DNA from: Eledone cirrhosa
Lineage: Eukaryota
Length of the DNA stretch: 64,000 nucleotides
Assembly (NCBI GenBank): GCA_964016885.1
Contig: OZ024743.1
Coordinates: 258,292,001 to 258,356,000 of the forward strand
Direction: 5' to 3'
Both the position numbers and the translations under genes were made by a program. Position 1 is the first letter of the stretch; every line of letters starts with the position of its first letter. This document shows, piece by piece, positions 63,943 through 64,000 of the stretch. Below the pieces are notes generated by a model. The model did not search any database and was not told the DNA's origin. It worked only from the letters and a program-made list of their open reading frames with translations.

Positions 63943-64000
63943 ATATATATATACATACACATACAATGCAGACACACACACATATATATATATATATATA

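Overview
AT-rich eukaryotic (animal) intergenic or intronic DNA. The repeat types (RTE LINEs with (ATG)n tails, Meta/CORE-type tRNA SINEs, very abundant (TA)n) resemble an octopus or other cephalopod genome; this is inference. I found no convincing host protein-coding exon, and the many 'YIYI' ORFs are microsatellite artefacts. The window is a retroelement graveyard. It holds three large copies of an APE-RT RTE family whose RT carries an inserted PHD-type zinc finger, a sister RTE family, a Tx1/L1 element, an R4/Dong fragment, SINEs, non-autonomous Helitrons, and piggyBac/hAT/mariner remnants. The main signal is invisible to the ORF track: nine minimal type-I hammerhead ribozyme motifs from about six sequence families. 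Four of them belong to a non-coding, hairpin-rich ~420-450 bp unit present as circularly permuted, tandem and head-to-head copies, the architecture of a non-LTR retrozyme or Penelope pLTR-derived circRNA element. Several small palindromes appear to have folded back within their hammerhead.
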